Below are positions 47,518 to 55,780 of a stretch of 64,000 nucleotides of DNA, in pieces (within the stretch, counting starts at the first letter, position 1; each line of letters opens with the position of its first letter). Under the pieces are notes generated by a model. The model had not been told where the DNA came from and did no database searches. It was given only the letters and a program-made list of their open reading frames with translations. Location of the stretch: the IMG/VR virus record IMGVR_UViG_3300025840_000011; one strand, given 5' to 3'. The position numbers and the translations under genes are program-made. This stretch comes from a virus.

Positions 47518-47895
47518 ATGATACGTTTTATTATGTTATTGACAGGATTGTTCTTGAGTGGGTCAGCGATGGCCCACTCTTGGACACCAACATATCCAAA
47601 ACTCGAAAGAAGTTTTGTTGAGAATGTGATGCAGACTGAGATGTTACTGATCAATCGAAGAAGTGATGTTGAGTTCTTCGAGATTAGTGTTTACGACTCT
47701 GAGTGGAACCCCGTGAAATTCGCCACGAGCGAAAAGATAATTAGGGTTCCTTACTTAGAGAGAAGAGAAGTAATGGTGTATATCCGACAACAAGATGTTG
47801 GTATTGCAGATTACATATGTACAAAAACTAAAATTGTCAGACAAAGGACTACCGGAACGTCCGTGTCTTCTAGGATATGTTCGAGATTGAAATGA
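47518..47895 (+). CDS. Cassette 1 gene D: periplasmic chaperone-like (single PapD-N-like Ig domain)
   Basis: Signal ending AMA; H.WTPTYPK, L.N.R.DV.FFEI.VYD, ICT/ICS Cys pair. Confidence 0.55.
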   Translation: MIRFIMLLTGLFLSGSAMAHSWTPTYPKLERSFVENVMQTEMLLINRRSDVEFFEISVYDSEWNPVKFATSEKIIRVPYLERREVMVYIRQQDVGIADYICTKTKIVRQRTTGTSVSSRICSRLK

Positions 47896-48389
47896 AAAAA
47901 TTACTCGTTATTGTAGCGTTATTGTTTTCTGCTGAGACCGCAGCGCAGGATTCTATACCCGCAACAACCACTACAACAATAATTGAGAGAGCGCCCACTA
48001 GTAACAGCGCGAGTTCTCTCAATCTTAATATGCCCAACTCTCCCCAAAGTTTTCAACAGGACCGTGTACGTGCAGGAGACTTCGAGTGTTCTGCCGCGAT
48101 TGGTTCTGCAACAAATCTAGAGTTTGGTGTGGTGGGTATCCTCAATCAGGATGACCCTTACTACGGAACTTACTATGGTACGGACATAGGTCCACCCACG
48201 AGATTTGGAAATCAAGCGTTCACACGAGACGTGGGTGTTTACGCACGGATCAATATTCCTATCGGTGCACCAAAAGAGAGACCCAACTGTAACTTGTTAT
48301 ACAAACTAGAGTTGGAGAAGAAACGACTAGAGGTCTTAAGACTACAACAGGAACTACAAAACTTACGCAACTTGCAATTCGAAGAATAA
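47892..48389 (+). CDS. Cassette 1 gene E: exported protein with amphipathic beta-hairpin and C-terminal coiled coil
   Basis: ECSAAIGS..N.EFGVVGI...D.GVY.RI.IPIG...NC..LY.LELEKKRLE. Confidence 0.75.
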   Translation: MKKLLVIVALLFSAETAAQDSIPATTTTTIIERAPTSNSASSLNLNMPNSPQSFQQDRVRAGDFECSAAIGSATNLEFGVVGILNQDDPYYGTYYGTDIGPPTRFGNQAFTRDVGVYARINIPIGAPKERPNCNLLYKLELEKKRLEVLRLQQELQNLRNLQFEE

Positions 48390-48429
48390 TAAATACAGTT
48401 AAACTAACTACCAAAAAGAGAATAATAAT

Positions 48430-48897
48430 ATGGTAGAACTAGCTGTCGCGGTGCAAGTCGCTGGTGCCGCATATAATGCAATTAAGGGAGCAGTGGAAAA
48501 GGGTAGGGAAGCCCAAGATATGATTGGCGCGTTCGGAAAGTTTTTCGATTCTATGGACGCAGTGAGTGAAGCAAACATCAAGAACCAATCTACCGCAGGA
48601 GTTCAGAAACTTTTTAGTGGTAACAGTGTAGAGGCGCAGGCGTTGGAGATCACCGCCGCGAAACACAAGATTGCATGGATGGAAAAAGAACTCAGAGAGT
48701 ACCTGATCTATTCCGGACAAGGCGCCTTCTACGAAGACATGATGGAAGAACGCAAAAGGATACGAAGGTATCGTCAGAACGAAATGCGTAGGAAGGCGCA
48801 GGCCAAGGCGTTCTGGATTGATGTTGCGGCGCTTGTTTTTGGTATAGGAATAAGTATATTTGTGATCACAGGACTCATCACAGTAATCGTAAGTTAA
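48430..48897 (+). CDS. Cassette 1 gene F: helical protein with C-terminal TM segment
   Basis: SVEAQAL, E.EL.EYL.Y.GQ..FY.DM..ER; paralogue at 62470. Confidence 0.8.
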   Translation: MVELAVAVQVAGAAYNAIKGAVEKGREAQDMIGAFGKFFDSMDAVSEANIKNQSTAGVQKLFSGNSVEAQALEITAAKHKIAWMEKELREYLIYSGQGAFYEDMMEERKRIRRYRQNEMRRKAQAKAFWIDVAALVFGIGISIFVITGLITVIVS

Positions 48898-48906
48898 GGA
48901 TAACAG

Positions 48907-49386
48907 ATGGCAGAATTTGAATTCGCGGGAATGACCTTCAGAGGTGGTAGGATAATGGTTATCCTCACCGCCCTGTCAACCTTGGGTGGTGCATCTTGGG
49001 GTGCATTTGAGTTCTATAAAGACTACATGGATATGAAAGAGATCATTGCGAACATCGATACCACAGAGATTGAGAACCGCAATAGACTAATCGAGCAGAA
49101 GTTAGACGATGCGTTGATTCAAGTTGACGCCGCAGTAGACTATTCCAGAACTATCAAGAACGACTTACGAGACGATTTCAATCGCATGGAACGCAACGTT
49201 GACCGTGTGGAGGATCAAGGGAGAACTCTAGAAACCGTAGTTGAAGATATGATAGATAGGGCTGACGAACGATTTGATACCAAACGAGATGCACTCGTTG
49301 TGGATACTGATCGTAAACTTCAACAGGTAGAGGAAAGACTCGACGCAAAAATACAGGCGTTTTTAGATAATCCTTTATCAAATTAG
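48907..49386 (+). CDS. Cassette 1 gene G: N-terminal TM plus coiled-coil protein
   Basis: MAEFEFAGMTFRGG..LSTLGG..WGAFEFY...LDNPL; paralogue at 63224. Confidence 0.8.
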   Translation: MAEFEFAGMTFRGGRIMVILTALSTLGGASWGAFEFYKDYMDMKEIIANIDTTEIENRNRLIEQKLDDALIQVDAAVDYSRTIKNDLRDDFNRMERNVDRVEDQGRTLETVVEDMIDRADERFDTKRDALVVDTDRKLQQVEERLDAKIQAFLDNPLSN

Positions 49387-49389
49387 GTC

Positions 49390-49418
49390 TTGACAAAAAT
49401 GAAAAATCGTGTTATAAT
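49390..49418 (+). promoter_or_regulatory. Perfect sigma70 promoter TTGACA-17-TATAAT
   Basis: Exact consensus overlapping the start of the lipoprotein gene. Confidence 0.75.
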
Positions 49419-49773
49419 CTTAGCTAGCTTGCTGGGGATGAGTATACTCAGCGGTTGTGCATCACTCTACGACGATAATGAGTCGTATCAAGCGGTAGAA
49501 CTCTACCACAACATCAATAATCTAGAATGTAGTGACGAAGGTCTCGCAATAGAACAAGCGGCGATTATCGATGATAACGTTGACTGGTTGATTGCGTACT
49601 CCGAACTCAAAGGATCCCGTGATGTTAATAACCTTTTACTACTTATGAAAACCACAACGGAACCCCTCGCGGCGCGAGAATCGATGTCACCTACATATTG
49701 TGGACTGAAGAAAACTTTATTGCAGGAACAGAGTCGTGACGTTGGAACGGCGATCCTACGGAGAAACAAATGA
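49399..49773 (+). CDS. Putative lipoprotein
   Basis: MKNRVIILASLLGMSILSG-C lipobox. Confidence 0.65.
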   Translation: MKNRVIILASLLGMSILSGCASLYDDNESYQAVELYHNINNLECSDEGLAIEQAAIIDDNVDWLIAYSELKGSRDVNNLLLLMKTTTEPLAARESMSPTYCGLKKTLLQEQSRDVGTAILRRNK

Positions 49774-50006
49774 GTCCAGAACTACAAGAAATTAAACGGC
49801 AAGCAGAAGACCAAGACATGTCTAGACTGGCCCTGTTAGTCCAGTCCACCACAGTCGAGTACGAGTCGGGTAACCTGACCAAGGAAGAGTTCTTTGAGAT
49901 CCTCGAAGACATCAAGACCACTCAGGAGATTGCAGAACAGTCCAACTCCATGATCTGGAGAAACCGACTGATTTTGGCGATCTCAACCCTCATGTCCTTG
50001 TACTGA
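49770..50006 (+). CDS. Hypothetical protein
   Basis: 78-aa ORF coupled to the lipoprotein gene. Confidence 0.65.
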   Translation: MSPELQEIKRQAEDQDMSRLALLVQSTTVEYESGNLTKEEFFEILEDIKTTQEIAEQSNSMIWRNRLILAISTLMSLY

Positions 50007-50037
50007 AAATAAATTTAACTTTTTTTCGAAAAAAGTA

Positions 50038-50066
50038 TTGACAATCTCTGCCTAGTGTAGTATTAT
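50038..50066 (+). promoter_or_regulatory. Early promoter TTGACA-17-TATTAT with AT-rich UP element
   Basis: Near consensus; upstream A/T tracts. Confidence 0.8.
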
Positions 50067-50116
50067 ACATACATAACTGAGGAGATAGTCTTCTCAGAAC
50101 TTTGGAGAAATATATT

Positions 50117-51091
50117 ATGTCGCATGAAGTCGAAACTATGGCATACGCAGGTGCAGTCCCTTGGCATGGTCTTGGTGTACCAGTATCTAACGATCTCACT
50201 CCCGCACAGATGATGCAGAAGGCTGGTCTTGACTGGACAGTCGAGAAGGTTCCTACCTATGCACGTGTGGGTGACACGGTTCTGTCGCAAATTGAAATCC
50301 CGACAGGTGTCGAGGCTCTTGTTCGTTCTTCGGACAACAAGGTTCTGACTCAGGTTGGTGAGAACTGGAACCCCGTCCAGAACGAAGAAGCGTTTGAATT
50401 CTTCTCTGAGTACGTTCTTGCTGGTGACATGGAAATGCACACCGCTGGTTCACTGAAGGGTGGACAGATGGTTTGGGCACTCGCCAAGATCAAGGAGTCG
50501 TTCGATATCCTTGGTGGTGATCAGGTTGACTCCTACCTTCTCTTCTCTAACCCTCACCAGTACGGTAAGTCGATTGACGTTCGGTTCACTCCGATTCGTG
50601 TGGTCTGCAACAACACTCTTACCATGTCGCTGGGTCAGCAGGTTGCAAACTCCTGCAAGATGAACCACCGTTCTGAGTTTAACCCTCAGAAGGTTAAGGA
50701 AGCTCTGGGTATCGCCCACGAGAAGTTTGATCAGTACAAAGAGATGGCAGAGTTCCTCGCAAAGAGGCGGTTCACTATGGACTCTCTGATCCAGTACTAC
50801 AACGAAGTCTTCCCACGTACTTACACTGGTAAGAAGTCTCCGGACAATGTACAACAGTTCGAAGACCTAACTACGAACGCGAAGAAGGCGTTTGAGGTTC
50901 TAGAGACTCAGCCTGGTGCGGAGTTCGCGGAAGGTTCATGGTGGCAGGCACTTAACAGTGTCACCTACTTGACCGATCACATTATGGGTCGAGAGGCAGA
51001 CTCACGTTTGACCTCTGCATGGTTTGGTTCTAACCAGACTCGTAAACAACGTGCGGTTGAAAAGGCGGTGGAGTTCGCAGTAGCCGCTTAA
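50117..51091 (+). CDS. DUF932 / TIGR03299-type phage-plasmid protein
   Basis: PWHGLG, AGLDW.V, VQN.EAF.F, TAGSL.GG, TPIRVVCNNTL. Confidence 0.88.
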   Translation: MSHEVETMAYAGAVPWHGLGVPVSNDLTPAQMMQKAGLDWTVEKVPTYARVGDTVLSQIEIPTGVEALVRSSDNKVLTQVGENWNPVQNEEAFEFFSEYVLAGDMEMHTAGSLKGGQMVWALAKIKESFDILGGDQVDSYLLFSNPHQYGKSIDVRFTPIRVVCNNTLTMSLGQQVANSCKMNHRSEFNPQKVKEALGIAHEKFDQYKEMAEFLAKRRFTMDSLIQYYNEVFPRTYTGKKSPDNVQQFEDLTTNAKKAFEVLETQPGAEFAEGSWWQALNSVTYLTDHIMGREADSRLTSAWFGSNQTRKQRAVEKAVEFAVAA

Positions 51092-51180
51092 CAGTTTGTG
51101 GGTACGGCCCTCTGGTAACAGGGGGCCTCAACCGGACGCTTGGGACATGCAAACCCTGTCACCCTACCCACTTTTTATTC

Positions 51181-51255
51181 GCCGGAGTAGCACAACGGTA
51201 GTGCAACTGATTTGTAATCAGTAGGTTGAGGGTTCGATTCCTTTCTCCGGCACCA
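51181..51255 (+). tRNA. tRNA-Thr (anticodon TGT)
   Basis: Acceptor GCCGGAG/CTCCGGC, anticodon arm ACTGA-ttTGTaa-TCAGT, GGTTCGA T-loop, ACCA end. Confidence 0.95.
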
Positions 51256-51270
51256 TATGAGATTGATGTG

Positions 51271-51555
51271 ATGAACCAAGACATACTATCACAAGCAAGG
51301 CGTTTTTATCATCATGTGGTCAATGGCGGTAAGTTGAAACCTGAAGATGTTTCTTACATGGTATCTGCTCTTGAGGAAGCCTACGAAGACCACGCACTGA
51401 CATTTGAAGAATGGTTAGATGAAATAGAATGCTACTCGACACGTCGAGAACGCCTAGGTGAAGAACTGCCTGTATCAGATGCATTGATAAAATGGCTACG
51501 AGCCGCCTATGAAGTAGGATACGAACAAGGAAAGAAAGATGACCTTACCAACTGA
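51271..51555 (+). CDS. Hypothetical protein
   Basis: ORF after the tRNA; ATG 51271. Confidence 0.6.
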   Translation: MNQDILSQARRFYHHVVNGGKLKPEDVSYMVSALEEAYEDHALTFEEWLDEIECYSTRRERLGEELPVSDALIKWLRAAYEVGYEQGKKDDLTN

Positions 51556-51727
51556 AAGAACCAATGCAGTATTGAGAACAGAGAAGTTCCTATTAGACCT
51601 CTGCAATCCCAAGGCTACACCTAGAGTTCCACGAGCAGTGAGGCAAGAGGCAGGCAGACTGCTAAAACACTATCCCAGCAAATATGATATGGAAGAAATG
51701 GAGGGACGTTTTGAATATAAAACATGA
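51539..51727 (+). CDS. Small conserved phage protein
   Basis: MTLP.ERT.AV...FL..L...TPRVP..VR..A..LL.HYP. Confidence 0.7.
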   Translation: MTLPTERTNAVLRTEKFLLDLCNPKATPRVPRAVRQEAGRLLKHYPSKYDMEEMEGRFEYKT

Positions 51728-52328
51728 ACCTATTTTTAACACTGATGCTATGGCAGAACACTATTCTAAAAAAGACGGTGTAGCTGTTAAGTATGTTTGC
51801 ACAAGTGCACTGGGCGGTGAAGCACAGGCTATGGATATTTTCTATCGTGATACTCCTCATCCTCAATTTGGTAATCGCTACTTTGGTATGTTTATTGACA
51901 CAGAGGATCGTGTGATGATCACCAATGCAGATCGTATCGAGGGTGCAGAGTTTGCCATGATCGAGGATGGCGAAGGTAACCTACATTACAGTGCTCATCG
52001 ACATGACTGCAAAATGATCGGTGACAACATGATTGATGGTGGCAGAGCATACATTCGCTCAAGCGGTGATGTTGTATTGTACAAAATTCGTGATGGTGAG
52101 ATTGTAAAAATGGAAGATCGGACCAGTTCTAAGTTACCGACAATCATTGCGGTGAACGATAGATTGAATGAGGTCATGGTCGAGGAACTTGATGGATCTT
52201 ACAATAGATACAAAAAAGTCTTGACAATGTGGTCTCACTTCTGTATCATAGAAAAATGTGAGATGGAAGTTGAATCGGGGTCGCCCTGTAACTGGTGTGG
52301 TCTCACAGAGAATCAACAATACGATTAA
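51711..52328 (+). CDS. Hypothetical protein
   Basis: TTG start with SD ggagg; S.HRHD....IDGGR.Y.R motif. Confidence 0.65.
   Translation: MNIKHEPIFNTDAMAEHYSKKDGVAVKYVCTSALGGEAQAMDIFYRDTPHPQFGNRYFGMFIDTEDRVMITNADRIEGAEFAMIEDGEGNLHYSAHRHDCKMIGDNMIDGGRAYIRSSGDVVLYKIRDGEIVKMEDRTSSKLPTIIAVNDRLNEVMVEELDGSYNRYKKVLTMWSHFCIIEKCEMEVESGSPCNWCGLTENQQYD
52221..52249 (+). promoter_or_regulatory. Sigma70 promoter TTGACA-17-TATCAT
   Basis: Near consensus with A-tract. Confidence 0.6.
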
Positions 52329-52345
52329 CACTCTAGTACGGAGAT

Positions 52346-52534
52346 ATGAAAATGAGTGAAGTACGTACCGTTCGTGACATCGAAATCGATATCGCATGGG
52401 CTCAGAATGAGTTGGACGATATCCAGAACGGAGACCTTCTGGGTCTGGGGATGGTTCGGAAGCGCCGTAAGGAGCTCCAAAATCTGGTCAAATCCTTGTT
52501 CAAGGAGCGAAATGTTTTGAAAAAAAGTTCTTGA
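52346..52534 (+). CDS. Hypothetical protein
   Basis: 62 aa, SD ggag. Confidence 0.6.
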   Translation: MKMSEVRTVRDIEIDIAWAQNELDDIQNGDLLGLGMVRKRRKELQNLVKSLFKERNVLKKSS

Positions 52535-52559
52535 CATTTCTTGCGGAGGCTGGTATTAT
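52531..52559 (+). promoter_or_regulatory. Early promoter TTGACA-17-TATTAT with UP element
   Basis: Near consensus; core shared with 23480. Confidence 0.8.
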
Positions 52560-52591
52560 AGGTACTGAAATGGTGATTCGAGAGGAATCTA

Positions 52592-53179
52592 ATGTCACAA
52601 ATCGAGTACAAAACCTACCTTCTCAAATTCAAAAAGAAACAGAACAAGGGTGCACGGGGTACTAGAGACTCCGAACGTGCCAAGACTTATGAGTCTGAGT
52701 GGGCGTTCCAACGTCAATTCAATGTCCCCAAATTCAATGACATTAAAGAGGCGCAGAAGTACGCTAAGAAAATCTACAAGTCTAAGACTTGGCAGAAACT
52801 CTGGTCCACGCATATCAATGAGGATGTGACTCGACTGTTCGCCTCTAACCCTCCGGTTGTTGCGAAACTCCGTAGTTCGGGTCGGGGTACTTCTGGTTGG
52901 ACTAACGGACATACCGTTACCCTAGATACCAAATGCGGTTTGGACGTTTACGTCTTGTTACACGAGTTGACTCACTGTCTGGGTAACATGCATCACGGAC
53001 GATCTTTCCGGAAAGACTTACTCTCTCTGGTTTCTAGGTTCCTTGGTAGAGACGCCGCGAAGATCCTGAAGGGTGAGTTCAGGAAACGTAAACTCGCTTG
53101 TGGTGAGGAACGTAAACCCCTCAGTTACGAACAGTGGATGTCTGCAAGACAACGTATGGAGAAAATACGTAATGGATGA
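52592..53179 (+). CDS. SprT-like zincin metalloprotease
   Basis: LLHELTH....HHG..F. Confidence 0.7.
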   Translation: MSQIEYKTYLLKFKKKQNKGARGTRDSERAKTYESEWAFQRQFNVPKFNDIKEAQKYAKKIYKSKTWQKLWSTHINEDVTRLFASNPPVVAKLRSSGRGTSGWTNGHTVTLDTKCGLDVYVLLHELTHCLGNMHHGRSFRKDLLSLVSRFLGRDAAKILKGEFRKRKLACGEERKPLSYEQWMSARQRMEKIRNG

Positions 53180-53477
53180 GAAGGAATTCGCGCCAGAAGA
53201 ACTGGCGAATTCAAAAAGAATATTTAAGTCCGCTACACCGAAGGGTGGATTTGACTGGTACATTAAATGGTTCGCAACCGTAATGATACTCTCAGCGGTC
53301 ACTATCAGATCGACTGGTATACCGGAGTTGCAGATTTACGATATGGCGTTCTCTTGGGTTGGTGCAATTGGGTGGTTTGTAGTTTCCTACATATGGCAGG
53401 ATAGGGCACTTATACTACTCAACGGAGTGATGGGTGTCCTGTTGTTCTCTGGACTGATACGTTACTTCGTAAATTAG
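53172..53477 (+). CDS. Small membrane protein
   Basis: DWYIKW.AT, three TM segments, W.DRALI.LN. Confidence 0.7.
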   Translation: MDEKEFAPEELANSKRIFKSATPKGGFDWYIKWFATVMILSAVTIRSTGIPELQIYDMAFSWVGAIGWFVVSYIWQDRALILLNGVMGVLLFSGLIRYFVN

Positions 53478-53483
53478 GAAAAA

Positions 53484-53756
53484 ATGGTAATGAATGTTGA
53501 ACTGAACGTTGAAGTGACACCTTGGTTTGATGAAAAGGGTGTTCTTACTAGTCTCTATATTGGAGACGCATGTGAACCTGCCTATGAGGGACACACTCCA
53601 TACAAAGATCTTGTCAAACAGAATCTATTCTGTTATACTGTGTTAGGAAAGATTCCCCCTGAACATTTTGATGAGGTCGAAGAGTTCGTGCGGGAACTGG
53701 AGAAGGCGGCCAAGTACGCACGTAAACAAATGGAAAAGATGAAAGAAGATGTTTGA
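53484..53756 (+). CDS. Hypothetical protein
   Basis: 90-aa ORF, SD agga. Confidence 0.6.
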   Translation: MVMNVELNVEVTPWFDEKGVLTSLYIGDACEPAYEGHTPYKDLVKQNLFCYTVLGKIPPEHFDEVEEFVRELEKAAKYARKQMEKMKEDV

Positions 53757-54423
53757 ACACGTATCAGTTGAATTGAAAGAGATGGAAGCGGTCACTACCG
53801 AAGAGGGTCGTAAGTATCAGACTCCCGAAGGTATTAACCTCCCATCCATTACTACCGTCCTGAGTATTCTCTCACGGGACGGTATTGCCGCATGGCGTAA
53901 ACGTGTAGGTGAGGAAGAGGCTAATCGAATCTCTCGTGTTGCTTCTACTCGTGGTACTAAGGTACACGAAATCATAGAGAAGTACATTAACAACGAGGAG
54001 GATTTTAAAGATGGATACACACCAGATATTATTTCCAGTTTTCTTGACCTTAAGTCCATTCTTGATGATCGTATTGGCAGAGTATTTGCACAGGAAGCAC
54101 CTCTTTACTCCAATCATCTTGGCGTTGCTGGTAGGGTTGACTGTGTGGCTGAGTTTGACGGTACAATTTCTATTATAGACTTCAAGACTTCTCGTAAGAA
54201 GAAGTTCCCGTCCATGATCAAGAACTACTTCATGCAAGAATCTGCCTACGCAATCATGTGGGAAGAACGTACTGGTCAACCCATCACTCAGTTGGTCACC
54301 ATTATTGCAGTAGATGATAATCCGCCTCAGGTGTTTATCGAACACCGTGACAACTGGGTACGCCCTCTCAAAGAAACCATTGAACAGTGGAACGAGGAAA
54401 ATTCGACTTTACAATTCTTATAA
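53749..54423 (+). CDS. PD-(D/E)xK exonuclease
   Basis: PSITTVL, RGT..H, AGRVD, IIDFKTS, Q..AY. Confidence 0.88.
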   Translation: MFEHVSVELKEMEAVTTEEGRKYQTPEGINLPSITTVLSILSRDGIAAWRKRVGEEEANRISRVASTRGTKVHEIIEKYINNEEDFKDGYTPDIISSFLDLKSILDDRIGRVFAQEAPLYSNHLGVAGRVDCVAEFDGTISIIDFKTSRKKKFPSMIKNYFMQESAYAIMWEERTGQPITQLVTIIAVDDNPPQVFIEHRDNWVRPLKETIEQWNEENSTLQFL

Positions 54424-54436
54424 ATAGTGTTATAGT
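54408..54436 (+). promoter_or_regulatory. Nested promoters: TTTACA-17-TATAGT with late TATAAATA (54419-54426) in the spacer
   Basis: Both elements are visible in the sequence. Confidence 0.65.
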
Positions 54437-54465
54437 TTTTGTTAAACACTAACGGAATAAGTCGT

Positions 54466-55779
54466 ATGTTAAGATTTTCTAGTTTCGAAGAACTCTCAGA
54501 GTCGAAGTTGACCTTCGGCGAAATCGTGCGGGACGATAGGGCGTTTCGTCTAGAATTGTTTTTGCGTAAGTACAAAGGTAACGAACCTTTCGAACTGACC
54601 GATGGTAGTCAAGTCACTCTCCAGTATGATGCCGCAATTGAAAAGGCGTTGAGGGCGGGAGACGCAAAGACAGGTAACAAGATTGGTCTCATGACCAACA
54701 CCGGACAGAAGATTGCGTTCGGTAGTCTCGCAAAGACTCAGGAGTTTGGTGGTGGTCGTGGTTCCGGCGGTGGATCAGACAATACCCGTGCAACCGAATC
54801 CGCACAGTGCGTTTACCTTCAGGCCATCTGGGATGATCCCTCAACCAAATTCTCTCCGGACGATATCCGCAACGCATACAAGAAAACTTTCACAGACGCT
54901 ACCTTGGAAGATGTTTTGTTGGGTGACAATAATTGGATTGGTTCATCGATTGAGATTGCGAGGATCCTCTACAGGGTTTTGAAGAGACAAGGAACCTACA
55001 GTTTTCACCGTGGGTCCGACTGGGTTGATTCCCTTGAGAACAAGTTCAAGGCGTTGAACCGTCAAGAGAAATTATTTCAGAACGTCAATAAGTGGACTCC
55101 CGCCGACATCTGGTTGGTAAAAAAAGGTAAAGAAGGTGCGTATGACATAGACGGTTGTGATTCTATCAACGCACTCAACCAAGTACTTCTACAGGCGTTC
55201 AAAGAACGTGACATTATTGGGGTGTCACTCAAAACCACCGCTGGTGGTAAACCTAGACTTGCACAAGTCAACTACAAGAAACCATTCAAACCACCCGTCT
55301 TCCAGTCTGTCTCTTATAACAAGCGCGGAGACTTCTTCAAGTCAAAGGACGGATATCTGTTCGGACAGGGTGGTGTTGAGATTCAGTTCCGCACCTTCCC
55401 CACGTTCCAGTGTGAGGTCATCGGTAAGAAAGCAAAACACGGTAAGGTATCCCACGGTGGGATTGACTCCGCACTCTATGCAACTACACGTAATAAGACT
55501 GAGGCTCGAAAGACTCTAGAGGCAGAGATTAAGAAAGACCGTGAGGGGTTCTTGGATAAGTTCTACGGATTCTATTCCGGTGAGGTAACCAACCCCGTTG
55601 ACCGACAGGAGTTCTCGAAGAAACTGGCCAGTAAGAATGTCGAATGGTTGGTTTCTAAATATTACGTAACAACGATTTTTACCATGATCAAAGGACGTGA
55701 ACAAGACTTTATGTCGAGTCTATATCGTGTTGCCAAATCAGAATCAGCAGATTCTGCCGTCCACTTAAAGGTAATGTAA
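54466..55779 (+). CDS. Restriction-endonuclease-fold (PD-(D/E)xK-like) protein
   Basis: T...ES.QC, KWTPADIW, IIGVSLK; N-terminal MLRFSSFEELSE leader. Confidence 0.55.
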   Translation: MLRFSSFEELSESKLTFGEIVRDDRAFRLELFLRKYKGNEPFELTDGSQVTLQYDAAIEKALRAGDAKTGNKIGLMTNTGQKIAFGSLAKTQEFGGGRGSGGGSDNTRATESAQCVYLQAIWDDPSTKFSPDDIRNAYKKTFTDATLEDVLLGDNNWIGSSIEIARILYRVLKRQGTYSFHRGSDWVDSLENKFKALNRQEKLFQNVNKWTPADIWLVKKGKEGAYDIDGCDSINALNQVLLQAFKERDIIGVSLKTTAGGKPRLAQVNYKKPFKPPVFQSVSYNKRGDFFKSKDGYLFGQGGVEIQFRTFPTFQCEVIGKKAKHGKVSHGGIDSALYATTRNKTEARKTLEAEIKKDREGFLDKFYGFYSGEVTNPVDRQEFSKKLASKNVEWLVSKYYVTTIFTMIKGREQDFMSSLYRVAKSESADSAVHLKVM

Positions 55780-55780
55780 C

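Noticed and set aside
51131-51160. c-di-GMP-I riboswitch (GGGAC..GCAAA resemblance)
   Set aside because: Order and spacing of the conserved elements do not match, and it precedes a tRNA rather than a CDS; kept only as a generic structured RNA candidate
53749-54423. Cas4 as part of a CRISPR system
   Set aside because: It lacks the four Fe-S cysteines and any cas neighbours; it is an ordinary phage PD-(D/E)xK exonuclease
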